Part shown: piece by piece, positions 35,153 through 44,800 of the stretch
Position numbering within the stretch: position 1 is the first letter of the stretch
Layout: each line of letters starts with the position of its first letter
Source: Escherichia phage vB_EcoS_HdH2
Sequence record: NC_048748.1
Length of the DNA: 64,000 bases
Strand: one strand, 5' to 3'
The notes under the pieces: model-generated
The model's database searches: none
The model's input: only the letters and a program-made list of their open reading frames with translations
What the model was told of the DNA's origin: nothing
Translations under genes and position numbers: made by a program

Positions 35153-36625
35153 ATGACCTTGTTTAACGTGCAAGCTGTAGTGTTGAAGATGCTTCTAGCT
35201 TCCGAACAGAAGCAAATAGCATTGGAAACATTCTCAAAACTGCATAAAGATCATTTTAATGACGCTTTCTCCTCAATTTACCAAGCCGTCCAGAATTATT
35301 ATAAAAAATATAACACAATGCCGTCCATTGACGCACTTATGCTTGAAGCTAATAGGAACGCCCGCCTTTCTCAAGCTCTAGTCGTCTTAGCTAACACTCA
35401 AATTCCAGAAGTGAGCATGGAACAGGCACTTGAAGTCCTAGAAGCCGAATATACACAGGATTTATTCCTGAAGCTTCTAGAAACAGACGTGCTTCAAGAT
35501 TTAACAATGCTGGATCAGGGAGAAATTCTCAACCGAGTTGCCTCCCTTCACTTAAAATTAGAAGAGAAAGTAACGAATACTGGAAAAGTATTCAACGCAG
35601 ATAACATGCGTATTTTCCAGAGAGAAGAAGATACCAAACTGAACTTAATCGCTCTTGGTATTTGTAATGAGTTCGACGCTCAAATCGGTTTAGCTCGCAC
35701 AGAAACGTTACTGCTTGGTGGTTGGCGTGGTACTGGTAAATCCATTATCTGTTCAAACATACAGGTTCAGCAATATTTGAATGGGGATATTGCTCCATAC
35801 TTCTCAATTGAGATGAAAGAACATGAAGTATTTAGACGTAATCTAGCCATGTTAGCTGGTGTATCAGCATTAGCAATGCGTAATAATACTCTAGAAGGTG
35901 CACCTCTATTGAGATTAGCCAGAACTAGAGCTAGAATGTTTAATGGGGGTGAAGAGCTTTTCGACAACTTCGTTAAACAGTACACAATGGCTAAGATGAG
36001 TGATTTCTACGATATGGAAAGTAAGCTAATAGAAGGGTATGAGCTACATACTCCTATGATTATTGTTTATGATCCTGAGCTGTCTATTACAACAGTTGAC
36101 GTAGAATTAAATAAATTAGTTGCTAGATATGGGGATAAAGTTACAGTAGCTTTATTGGACTATATTAACCAAACCCGACTTCCAGATTCTAAAACCATTG
36201 ATATGTATGACTGGAAAGAACAGATGGTTGTTAGCTCGTCTTTCAAATCTATCTGTCAGAAACATAACGTGGCTGGTGTAGCTCCTTACCAGATCGATCA
36301 AGATGGTAGAACACGTATGTCAAAAGGGATTCTTGATTCCGCAGACATGGCTGCTAATCTTAATGCTGCAAAAGCTGATAATGGTCAAGGTGCTATTATG
36401 TTTGACTTCGTTAAGACCCGTTCTTCTGATAGCGTGAAGTTTATGCCTAAAATGAACTGGGAAACCCTGCGGATGGATAACACTACCAACCTAGCAATGG
36501 AAGATATATCTCAAATGGAAGCTGAGTTCGTTATCCCTATTGAGAAGGATAAGCCAGCTCAATCTAAACGTGCTAAGAAAGACAAAGCTGAAAATTCAAC
36601 AGGTGAACAGGCCAGCGATATATGA
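35153..36625 (+). CDS. P-loop replicative-helicase-like protein (DnaB/RecA-fold)
   Basis: Walker A GGWRGTGKS and Walker B-like IIVYDPE; start at ATG (MTLFNV) behind AAAGGAGA RBS, because the upstream ORF-track codons overlap the terminator. Confidence 0.5.
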   Translation: MTLFNVQAVVLKMLLASEQKQIALETFSKLHKDHFNDAFSSIYQAVQNYYKKYNTMPSIDALMLEANRNARLSQALVVLANTQIPEVSMEQALEVLEAEYTQDLFLKLLETDVLQDLTMLDQGEILNRVASLHLKLEEKVTNTGKVFNADNMRIFQREEDTKLNLIALGICNEFDAQIGLARTETLLLGGWRGTGKSIICSNIQVQQYLNGDIAPYFSIEMKEHEVFRRNLAMLAGVSALAMRNNTLEGAPLLRLARTRARMFNGGEELFDNFVKQYTMAKMSDFYDMESKLIEGYELHTPMIIVYDPELSITTVDVELNKLVARYGDKVTVALLDYINQTRLPDSKTIDMYDWKEQMVVSSSFKSICQKHNVAGVAPYQIDQDGRTRMSKGILDSADMAANLNAAKADNGQGAIMFDFVKTRSSDSVKFMPKMNWETLRMDNTTNLAMEDISQMEAEFVIPIEKDKPAQSKRAKKDKAENSTGEQASDI

Positions 36626-37155
36626 TAACACAGGAACGACTAAAAGAACTGTTTGACTACTCCCCAGAGACTGGGGAGTTTATTAGAAAAGTATCTAGAG
36701 GCAGCCAGAAAGCCGGGAGTATAGTAACTAGAAAGGATTCAAACGGTTATATAATTATCGGTATAGATGGTAGGGATTATAAAGCCCATCGTATGGCCTT
36801 CCTATTTATGGAAAACACGTTACCTGAAAAAGTAGACCATGTAAATAGAATACCCTTTGATAACCGATGGTGTAATCTAAGAGACGCCACAGCCCAGGAA
36901 AATAGTAGAAATAAAACCGCATGTAGTAAGTCTGGATATTTGGGAGTTGCTTGGGATATAGAAAAACAAAGATGGAGAGTTCAAGTAAGAGACTCTAATA
37001 GCACTCTTAAAAATGGTGGCAGATTTAAGTATGAAGAGCTAGAGCTAGCTGTAAATTCAGCAAATATATTAAGGGCTAAGTTACATGGAGAACGTGCTGT
37101 TATAGAAATTTTTGATACATCTAATTATCCTTCGCTGGAGGAGTTAAATTCATGA
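36622..37155 (+). mobile_element. HNH homing endonuclease with AP2-like DNA-binding domain
   Basis: HNH motif (AHRMAFL...VDHVNRIPFDNRWCNLR) and AP2-like segment YLGVAWDIEKQRWRVQV; AT-rich codon usage; inserted between helicase and primase. Confidence 0.65.
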
Positions 37156-38042
37156 GTAGAATAACAGAGTTACTTGATCTAAAAGGAATTGAGTACAAGG
37201 ATACAGGCGGGGATATTCTTATATGCTGTCTCAATCCAGATCATGACGATAAACACCCGAGTTTGCGTATTGACCCTGAAACAGGTATTATGCACTGCTT
37301 GAGTTGTGGCTTCGGTAAAGGTATACCGAGCATTTACCATTATTTTAATGAGACTCAGTACAGACAGTCCCCAAGGCTATCGCAAGTACGTAAAAAGATT
37401 TCAGAGATTAGGAATGGATCAACGAATCTTGCAATTCCTGAATCTGCTTACCTTTTCGAAGGTGATTTCCGAGGTATAAGTTCTAAGACCTTGAAGAAAT
37501 ATTTTGCTTTCCAACATCAAGCAGACTGGGAAGGCAGAATTGTATTCCCAATCACAGATGCTGTTGGACGCAATATCCTATTTTTGGGTCGTTCTATAAA
37601 CAGTTCTGCCCCTCCTAAATACTTAGTAAAACCAAAACAAGTTTCACCACCAATTTTTCCTGTACGATATAATACTCCAGTTCTTATTCTAGTTGAAGGC
37701 ATCTTTGATATGCTGAACCTAGAGGATAATGGTATAGACTATGCTTCTTGCTGCTTTGGTACACATCAGTTTACTTCGGATAACATTGCAGATAAGTTCA
37801 GTCCTTACATTATTGCCGGTGTAAAAGTTGTTGTTATCTTACTAGATAATGATGCTTCTGGTAATAAAGCTGCACAAGCACTGGCCAAGCTAATTCGTAC
37901 AAAAACGCGTTTAACACCTGTAGTTGCTAACTTTCTTCTGCCTGAAGGTAAGGACCCTGGTGACTTAAATAAAGAAGAGATTGATATGTTAGCAAAACGT
38001 ATTGAAATTTTAGTTGCTGAATCGCTTAAAGATTTGGTATAA
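37152..38042 (+). CDS. DNA primase (DnaG-like zinc finger plus Toprim)
   Basis: CHC2 zinc finger (CCLNPDHDDKHPSLRI...HCLSCG) and Toprim acidic motifs (LVEGIFDM, LLDNDASG). Confidence 0.7.
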   Translation: MSRITELLDLKGIEYKDTGGDILICCLNPDHDDKHPSLRIDPETGIMHCLSCGFGKGIPSIYHYFNETQYRQSPRLSQVRKKISEIRNGSTNLAIPESAYLFEGDFRGISSKTLKKYFAFQHQADWEGRIVFPITDAVGRNILFLGRSINSSAPPKYLVKPKQVSPPIFPVRYNTPVLILVEGIFDMLNLEDNGIDYASCCFGTHQFTSDNIADKFSPYIIAGVKVVVILLDNDASGNKAAQALAKLIRTKTRLTPVVANFLLPEGKDPGDLNKEEIDMLAKRIEILVAESLKDLV

Positions 38043-38104
38043 TATATTGGTAAGTTAGAGAAGAAACACTGAAGTTATACTTACTTACCAAGAGGAGATT
38101 AAAT

Positions 38105-40672
38105 TTGAAAATCGCAGTAGTTGATAAAGCTCTAAATAATACTCGTTATGATAAACATTTCCAGCTATACGGCGAGGAAGTTGATGTATTCCATATGTGT
38201 AACGAGAAGTTATCTGGTCGTTTGCTTAAAAAGCACATTACTATTGGAACACCAGAAAACCCATTTGATCCGAATGATTATGATTTTGTTATACTAGTAG
38301 GTGCTGAACCTTTCCTGTACTTTGCAGGTAAGAAAGGTATTGGTGATTATACCGGTAAACGTGTAGAGTATAATGGATATGCTAACTGGATTGCGAGTAT
38401 CAGCCCAGCCCAGTTACACTTTAAACCTGAAATGAAACCAGTTTTTGATGCAACAGTAGAGAATATCCACGATATTATCAATGGTCGTGAGAAGATTGCA
38501 AAAGCTGGTGATTACCGTCCTATTACTGACCCTGATGAGGCAGAAGAATATATCAAGATGGTGTATAATATGGTTATCGGACCTGTCGCATTCGACTCCG
38601 AAACCTCAGCACTATACTGTCGAGATGGTTATCTGCTTGGTGTTTCTATGTCTCACCAAGAGTATCAGGGTGTATATATCGATTCTGATTGTCTCACAGA
38701 GGTTGCAGTATATTATCTCCAGAAAATTCTAGATAGTGAAAACCACACTATTGTTTTTCACAACTTGAAGTTTGATATGCACTTTTATAAGTACCATCTG
38801 GGACTTACTTTTGATAAAGCACATAAAGAACGCAGGCTCCATGATACCATGTTGCAGCACTATGTTCTAGATGAACGTCGTGGTACTCATGGCTTGAAAT
38901 CTCTAGCAATGAAGTATACCGATATGGGTGACTACGACTTCGAACTAGATAAGTTCAAAGATGATTACTGCAAAGCACATAAAATCAAGAAAGAAGATTT
39001 CACCTATGATTTAATTCCATTTGATATTATGTGGCCGTATGCTGCGAAAGATACAGATGCTACCCTACGTTTACACAACTTCTTTTTACCAAAAATTGAG
39101 AAGAATGAAAAACTTTGCAGTCTGTATTACGATGTTCTAATGCCTGGTTGTGTATTCCTACAGCGTGTCGAAGATCGTGGAGTACCTATATCTATTGATC
39201 GTTTGAAAGAAGCTCAGTATCAGTTAACTCATAACCTGAATAAAGCCCGTGAGAAACTGTATACTTATCCAGAAGTTAAACAGCTAGAACAAGATCAGAA
39301 TGAAGCATTTAACCCGAATTCTGTTAAGCAACTTCGTGTTCTTCTGTTCGATTATGTTGGTTTGACTCCAACTGGTAAGTTAACGGATACTGGTGCAGAT
39401 TCTACAAACGCAGAAGCTCTGAATGAACTGGCTACGCAGCATCCGATTGCTAAAACTCTTCTAGAGATTCGTAAACTGACTAAGCTGATCTCTACTTATG
39501 TTGAGAAGATTCTACTGAGTATTGATGCAGATGGTTGCATTCGTACTGGTTTCCATGAACATATGACTACTTCTGGTCGTCTAAGTTCTTCTGGTAAACT
39601 GAACCTGCAACAGTTACCTCGTGATGAATCTATCATTAAGGGTTGTGTAGTTGCACCACCTGGATACCGTGTAATCGCATGGGACTTAACAACTGCGGAA
39701 GTTTATTATGCTGCTGTTCTATCTGGTGATAGAAATATGCAACAAGTATTTATCAACATGAGAAATGAACCTGATAAATACCCTGACTTCCACTCTAACA
39801 TCGCCCACATGGTATTTAAATTGCAATGTGAACCCCGTGATGTTAAAAAGTTGTTCCCAGCTCTGCGTCAGGCTGCTAAGGCAATTACCTTCGGTATTCT
39901 GTATGGCTCTGGCCCGGCTAAAGTAGCTCATTCTGTTAATGAAGCTCTTCTGGAACAGGCTGCTAAGACAGGAGAACCGTTTGTTGAATGTACTGTTGCG
40001 GATGCGAAGGACTATATCGAAACTTACTTCGGTCAGTTCCCACAGCTTAAGCGTTGGATTGATAAGTGCCACGATCAAATCAAGAATCATGGGTTTATCT
40101 ATAGTCACTTTGGTCGTAAACGTCGTCTGCATAATATCCATTCCGAAGACCGTGGCGTTCAGGGTGAAGAAATTCGTTCTGGATTTAACGCAATCATTCA
40201 GTCTGCTTCTTCTGATAGTCTCCTTTTAGGTGCTGTAGATGCAGATAATGAAATCATTTCTCTTGGTTTAGAACAAGAGATGAAGATTGTTATGCTGGTT
40301 CATGACTCCGTAGTTGCTATTGTTCGTGAGGATTTGATCGACCAATACAATGAAATCCTGATTCGTAATATTCAGAAAGACCGTGGTATCAGTATTCCTG
40401 GCTGTCCGATTGGTATTGATTCAGATTCTGAAGCTGGAGGTTCTCGTGACTATTCTTGTGGTAAGATGAAGAAACAGCACCCATCAATCGCTTGTATTGA
40501 TGATGATGAATATACTCGTTATGTCAAGGGTGTATTACTTGATGCAGATTTCGAGTATAAGAAATTAGCTGCAATGGATAAAGAGCATCCAGACCACAGC
40601 AAGTACAAGGATGATAAGTTTATTGCTGTATGCAAAGATCTGGATAACGTGAAAAGGATTCTCGGTGCTTAA
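38105..40672 (+). CDS. pol: family-A DNA polymerase with 3'-5' exonuclease domain (T5 polymerase-like, 855 aa)
   Basis: Exo motifs (FDSETS, YAAKD) and Pol A motifs (DLTTAEVY, RQAAKAITFGILYG, HDS); TTG start behind AAGAGGAG RBS; size and sequence match recalled T5 polymerase. Confidence 0.9.
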   Translation: MKIAVVDKALNNTRYDKHFQLYGEEVDVFHMCNEKLSGRLLKKHITIGTPENPFDPNDYDFVILVGAEPFLYFAGKKGIGDYTGKRVEYNGYANWIASISPAQLHFKPEMKPVFDATVENIHDIINGREKIAKAGDYRPITDPDEAEEYIKMVYNMVIGPVAFDSETSALYCRDGYLLGVSMSHQEYQGVYIDSDCLTEVAVYYLQKILDSENHTIVFHNLKFDMHFYKYHLGLTFDKAHKERRLHDTMLQHYVLDERRGTHGLKSLAMKYTDMGDYDFELDKFKDDYCKAHKIKKEDFTYDLIPFDIMWPYAAKDTDATLRLHNFFLPKIEKNEKLCSLYYDVLMPGCVFLQRVEDRGVPISIDRLKEAQYQLTHNLNKAREKLYTYPEVKQLEQDQNEAFNPNSVKQLRVLLFDYVGLTPTGKLTDTGADSTNAEALNELATQHPIAKTLLEIRKLTKLISTYVEKILLSIDADGCIRTGFHEHMTTSGRLSSSGKLNLQQLPRDESIIKGCVVAPPGYRVIAWDLTTAEVYYAAVLSGDRNMQQVFINMRNEPDKYPDFHSNIAHMVFKLQCEPRDVKKLFPALRQAAKAITFGILYGSGPAKVAHSVNEALLEQAAKTGEPFVECTVADAKDYIETYFGQFPQLKRWIDKCHDQIKNHGFIYSHFGRKRRLHNIHSEDRGVQGEEIRSGFNAIIQSASSDSLLLGAVDADNEIISLGLEQEMKIVMLVHDSVVAIVREDLIDQYNEILIRNIQKDRGISIPGCPIGIDSDSEAGGSRDYSCGKMKKQHPSIACIDDDEYTRYVKGVLLDADFEYKKLAAMDKEHPDHSKYKDDKFIAVCKDLDNVKRILGA

Positions 40673-41162
40673 TTTCAAATTGCCCGTCTATGCGTTACGG
40701 GCGTTTGTATCAATTGAGCAAGAAGGTGATTATTCCGTAATTACAACAAGATATAATAAATATGTGCTAGATAACAGGAAGTTGCCTGGCACGTTTTCTC
40801 AACGTAGGCTTATTCTATTTGAGAAACGGAAAGAATTACCATACAAGCTCTATCCTATTAGGGGTAGAATATCAATGTTGTCTCAATTAGTTGGGTCAAA
40901 GCGTAACCAATTTATAGATTCTGATGGAAATCTTATTAATTGGAAGAAAACTACGTTCTATGATGTTGTCACCTCTAAAGTTTTGCATTCAGCTAGAATT
41001 TATAATGGAAAATACCAATGCTATGTGGCTAAAGTCCCTTATCCGTTTGTATTATCCTATGTTCCAGCTTATATAAGCTATATTCTGGTAAATAATAGCC
41101 CTGTTATTTATCAAGTCCATCAAGAGGAGCCTGAAATTCCTAGACTTAGAATAAAATTATGA
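40665..41162 (+). CDS. hypothetical protein (165 aa), AT-rich codon usage
   Basis: ORF between polymerase and helicase with composition unlike its neighbours; possible inserted gene. Confidence 0.4.
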   Translation: MLNFKLPVYALRAFVSIEQEGDYSVITTRYNKYVLDNRKLPGTFSQRRLILFEKRKELPYKLYPIRGRISMLSQLVGSKRNQFIDSDGNLINWKKTTFYDVVTSKVLHSARIYNGKYQCYVAKVPYPFVLSYVPAYISYILVNNSPVIYQVHQEEPEIPRLRIKL

Positions 41163-42511
41163 AGGTTGTTATATCTAATAAAGCCTATTTCAAGCCCGAT
41201 GATGAACTTTGGGATTATTGTAGTAAGCAAACCACTTATCACATAGAGACAATGACTAGTAAATACCCTATTATGTATAAGAATAGTGGTGTTGTTGCCA
41301 AAGAGATTAAGTGGATTCCTATTACGCGTCTGGACTTACTAGATGCTAAAGGAGTAAAATACGAATTAGTCGATAAACGCACATTAGCTCCGGTAGATAT
41401 ACCAAAACCTAAGTTCAAACTGCGTGAAGAAGATCAGCTTCCAATATACGAAGAATGCGATGATACTTGTATTATTAATGGTAAGCCTGGATTTGGTAAA
41501 ACTATCCTAGCCCTTGCACTTGCGTATAAATTTGGCCAGAAAACTCTGGTAATTTGTACGAATACATCCATTCGTGAAATGTGGGCGGCAGAAGTTCGTA
41601 AATGGTTTGGGTTTGAACCAGGCATCATAGGTTCTGGGAAATACAATATCGATCCACCAATTGTAGTCAGTAATATTCAAACAGTGAATAAACATGCGAA
41701 TAATCTTTCTAAAGTATTCGGTACTGTTATAGTTGATGAAGTTCACCATTGTGTGGCTACAACTTTCACTAACTTCCTAGAAATATCATGTGCTCGCTAT
41801 AAAATTGGACTATCCGGTACACTAAAACGAAAAGATGGTTTGCAAGTTATGTTCAAAGATTTCTTTGGGTATAAAATCTTTAGTCCTCCAGTTAATAATA
41901 CTGTTGCTCCTACAATCCACAGGTACTCAGTACCAGTTGAATTGTCTGGAAACCAAAACGTACCGTGGGCATTACGTGCTAACGATGTGTATAATCATCC
42001 TGAATATCGAGAGACTATTATAAACCTAGCACATTTATATGTGAATATGGGACATAAAGTACTCATTGTAAGTGATAGAACAGAGTTAATCCAAACAGTA
42101 CTAGAAGCACTATCTCAGAGAGGAATCACAACCTATGAAATTATAGGAGCAACCCACTTAGATGACCGATTAAAAATTCAGGAAGATATAGCAAAAGGTG
42201 GGCCTTGTGTACTTGCAGCAGCTCAAAGTATCTTCTCTGAAGGTATTTCCCTTAATGAGCTGTCTTGTTTAATAATGGGAAGCCTCATTAATAATGAATC
42301 TCTCATTGAACAGCTTGCAGGCCGTGTTCAACGTATTGTCGAGGGCAAACTCGACCCTATTGTTGTAGATCTAATTATGAAAGGTGGTACTGGTCTAAGA
42401 CAGGCTTCTGGACGTATGGCAGTATATCGTAACAACGGGTGGAAAACTATTACCATGACTCCTGAGAAAGCAGTTCAATTAGCTAAAATTGCATTTGGCA
42501 ACAGCTCATAA
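41159..42511 (+). CDS. SF2 DExH-box helicase (T5 D10-like)
   Basis: Walker A GKPGFGKT, DExH VDEVHH, helicase C-terminal motifs (QLAGRVQR). Confidence 0.65.
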   Translation: MKVVISNKAYFKPDDELWDYCSKQTTYHIETMTSKYPIMYKNSGVVAKEIKWIPITRLDLLDAKGVKYELVDKRTLAPVDIPKPKFKLREEDQLPIYEECDDTCIINGKPGFGKTILALALAYKFGQKTLVICTNTSIREMWAAEVRKWFGFEPGIIGSGKYNIDPPIVVSNIQTVNKHANNLSKVFGTVIVDEVHHCVATTFTNFLEISCARYKIGLSGTLKRKDGLQVMFKDFFGYKIFSPPVNNTVAPTIHRYSVPVELSGNQNVPWALRANDVYNHPEYRETIINLAHLYVNMGHKVLIVSDRTELIQTVLEALSQRGITTYEIIGATHLDDRLKIQEDIAKGGPCVLAAAQSIFSEGISLNELSCLIMGSLINNESLIEQLAGRVQRIVEGKLDPIVVDLIMKGGTGLRQASGRMAVYRNNGWKTITMTPEKAVQLAKIAFGNSS

Positions 42512-42735
42512 ATGATGTATAATATATACATAAATTTGAGAGAGAAAGTTTCGGATTGATAAGAAAGTCCGAAGCAGAAAAATAAAAATTTTAGTTGCTA
42601 AATTCTCTCGAAATCTAGTATAATATATATATACATAAATTCGAGGAGAAAACAAAAATTAAATTCTTCGATTATGAAAAGCTATACTTACTAGCTAGAG
42701 GAAATTCCGACCTAATTATTAAGCTCTTCAAAAGA

Positions 42736-43020
42736 ATGCTTACAGAGCCTGATGCTCACCAATTATTGGTCGGTTCCTCATTCATTTTAAATGAATCAAC
42801 AATAGTTAATAATCCAAATAAATTGTCTAATAGACAACTGGCAGAATATCTAGGAATTTTAAGTCTACGAAATTATGCCGAATACAAGTTTACAAACGAT
42901 CCTAGTTTGGACATGCAATATGTTCCAGTATGGATACCACGTTTAGTAATCGACACTAACCCACTAATCGCAATTAACAAATCGAAATTAATCTTTAAAG
43001 AGGAAATAAAATATGGCTAA
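42736..43020 (+). CDS. hypothetical protein (94 aa), weakly supported
   Basis: ORF overlapping the RBS of the next gene; weak RBS; AT-rich. Confidence 0.3.
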   Translation: MLTEPDAHQLLVGSSFILNESTIVNNPNKLSNRQLAEYLGILSLRNYAEYKFTNDPSLDMQYVPVWIPRLVIDTNPLIAINKSKLIFKEEIKYG

Positions 43021-43786
43021 GTCTTGGGGCGAAACTACTGGCGGTTCTAACGATAAAATCGAATTCCTGAAGTTCAACAACGGTATCACTCGTGTCCGTA
43101 TCGTTTCTGGTGTTCTTCCACGTTATGTCTATTGGCTGACTAATAAAGAGGGTAGCGTAGCTCCTTTCGAATGTCTTCGTTTCAACCGTGACAAAGAGAG
43201 CTTTGTTCGTGGTAAAGCTGATCCGGTTCATGAGATGGGTTTCTTCGAGAAAGAGCTGGATAAAGATGGTAATCGTGTTCCGCTGAAACCGAAGAAAAAC
43301 TATATCGCTTTTGTTATCGACCGTTCTGATAACAAACTGAAAGTAATGGAAGTCAAAGCTACTATTCTGAAAGGCATCCAGTCTATCATGAAGCAGTTGA
43401 ATCTGGCAACTCCGTTTGATATTGATATTTCTATCGAGAAAAAAGGCAAAGGTTTCGATACTGAGTATGATGTACAGCAGATTGCTGCTATGCAGTTCCA
43501 GATTAAGCTGCAAGATCCTAACAGTGCAGAATCTAAGCAATATGCTGCGGATGTAGATCTGATTGGTGAAGCTATGTGTGATGAAGATGGCGACATCATT
43601 AAGTTCGAAAAAGTTCCTTCTCTGGAACAAACCTATCCGGTTCCTACCTATGAAGAGCAGAAAGAAGCAATTCTAGCCTTCATGGAGGGTCGCGAGAATA
43701 AAGATGATGATGCCAAATCTGGTAATAGCAATGCAGGCTCCCAGAAAGGTATTGACTCAGAAGCTGCAAGCGATCTGGATGACTAA
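43013..43786 (+). CDS. putative single-stranded DNA-binding protein with acidic C-terminal tail
   Basis: AAAGAGGAAAT RBS, codon usage typical of highly expressed genes, acidic tail ...SEAASDLDD; followed by terminator. Confidence 0.45.
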   Translation: MAKSWGETTGGSNDKIEFLKFNNGITRVRIVSGVLPRYVYWLTNKEGSVAPFECLRFNRDKESFVRGKADPVHEMGFFEKELDKDGNRVPLKPKKNYIAFVIDRSDNKLKVMEVKATILKGIQSIMKQLNLATPFDIDISIEKKGKGFDTEYDVQQIAAMQFQIKLQDPNSAESKQYAADVDLIGEAMCDEDGDIIKFEKVPSLEQTYPVPTYEEQKEAILAFMEGRENKDDDAKSGNSNAGSQKGIDSEAASDLDD

Positions 43787-43792
43787 TAGATA

Positions 43793-43818
43793 GAGGGGCT
43801 TCGGCCCCTTTCTTTTTA
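43793..43818 (+). terminator. rho-independent terminator
   Basis: Hairpin GAGGGGC-TTCG-GCCCCTT followed by TCTTTTT. Confidence 0.65.
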
Positions 43819-43822
43819 ACTT

Positions 43823-44800
43823 ATGAGAATATTATTTAGTGCTGATCATCATATCAAACTAGGACAAGATAAAGTTCCAAAGGAATGGCAGAAGCGTCGC
43901 TTCCTGATGCTAGGAGAACGGTTAAATGATATATTCCATAATCATAACTGTGATCTTCATATTGCTGGTGGTGATATACTTGACGTTGCCGACCCGTCGT
44001 CAGAAGAAATAGAACTGCTTGAACAGTTCATGTCAAGACTCGACCATCCAGGCAAAATCTTTACTGGAAATCATGAAATGTTAACTAAAACCATTTCATG
44101 TCTATATCATTATGCAGGAGTTATTAATAAAGTAACGAGTGGTAAGTGGGAAGTAATTACTAAACCATATCGTTCCCCTGAATTTGATATTGTTCCATAT
44201 GACGAAATCCATAAATCTAAGTGGAAACCATCTGAATCAAAACTATGTTTCACACATGTTCGTGGTGAAATCCCTCCACATGTAAAACCAGAAATTGATC
44301 TAACTAAGTATAACTGTTATGATACTGTAATTGCTGGCGATTTACATTCTTATACTAATAGCCAGACTATCGGATCTACTAGACTTCTCTACCCAGGGTC
44401 TCCATTAACTACATCGTTCCATAGAGAACGCACAAAAGGTACAAATGGTTGCTTTATCATTGATACCGACACATTAAAAGTAGAATGGATTGAACTAGGG
44501 GATTTACCACAACTGATTCGTAAAACAATCGGAGCTGGTGAAGAGATGGAACCTAGTGATTATGATCGTGTAGTCTATGAAGTTACTGGTGACGTTGTTC
44601 AATTAAAGTCTATTAAAGACTCTGATTTATTAGATAAGAAGATTAACCATCGAGTTACTAAAGATGCTAAGTTAAATCTTGTTGATCTTGATATGTTAGG
44701 TGAACTTGAACTTTACTTCCGTGAAGTCGAGAAGCTATCTCAAGGCGACATTGATAGAATCTTGGCTAGAGCTGCGAAATATGTCAAAGATTACAATTAA
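43823..44800 (+). CDS. Mre11/SbcD-like nuclease (calcineurin-like phosphoesterase)
   Basis: Phosphoesterase motifs SADHH, GGDILD, GNHE. Confidence 0.7.
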   Translation: MRILFSADHHIKLGQDKVPKEWQKRRFLMLGERLNDIFHNHNCDLHIAGGDILDVADPSSEEIELLEQFMSRLDHPGKIFTGNHEMLTKTISCLYHYAGVINKVTSGKWEVITKPYRSPEFDIVPYDEIHKSKWKPSESKLCFTHVRGEIPPHVKPEIDLTKYNCYDTVIAGDLHSYTNSQTIGSTRLLYPGSPLTTSFHRERTKGTNGCFIIDTDTLKVEWIELGDLPQLIRKTIGAGEEMEPSDYDRVVYEVTGDVVQLKSIKDSDLLDKKINHRVTKDAKLNLVDLDMLGELELYFREVEKLSQGDIDRILARAAKYVKDYN

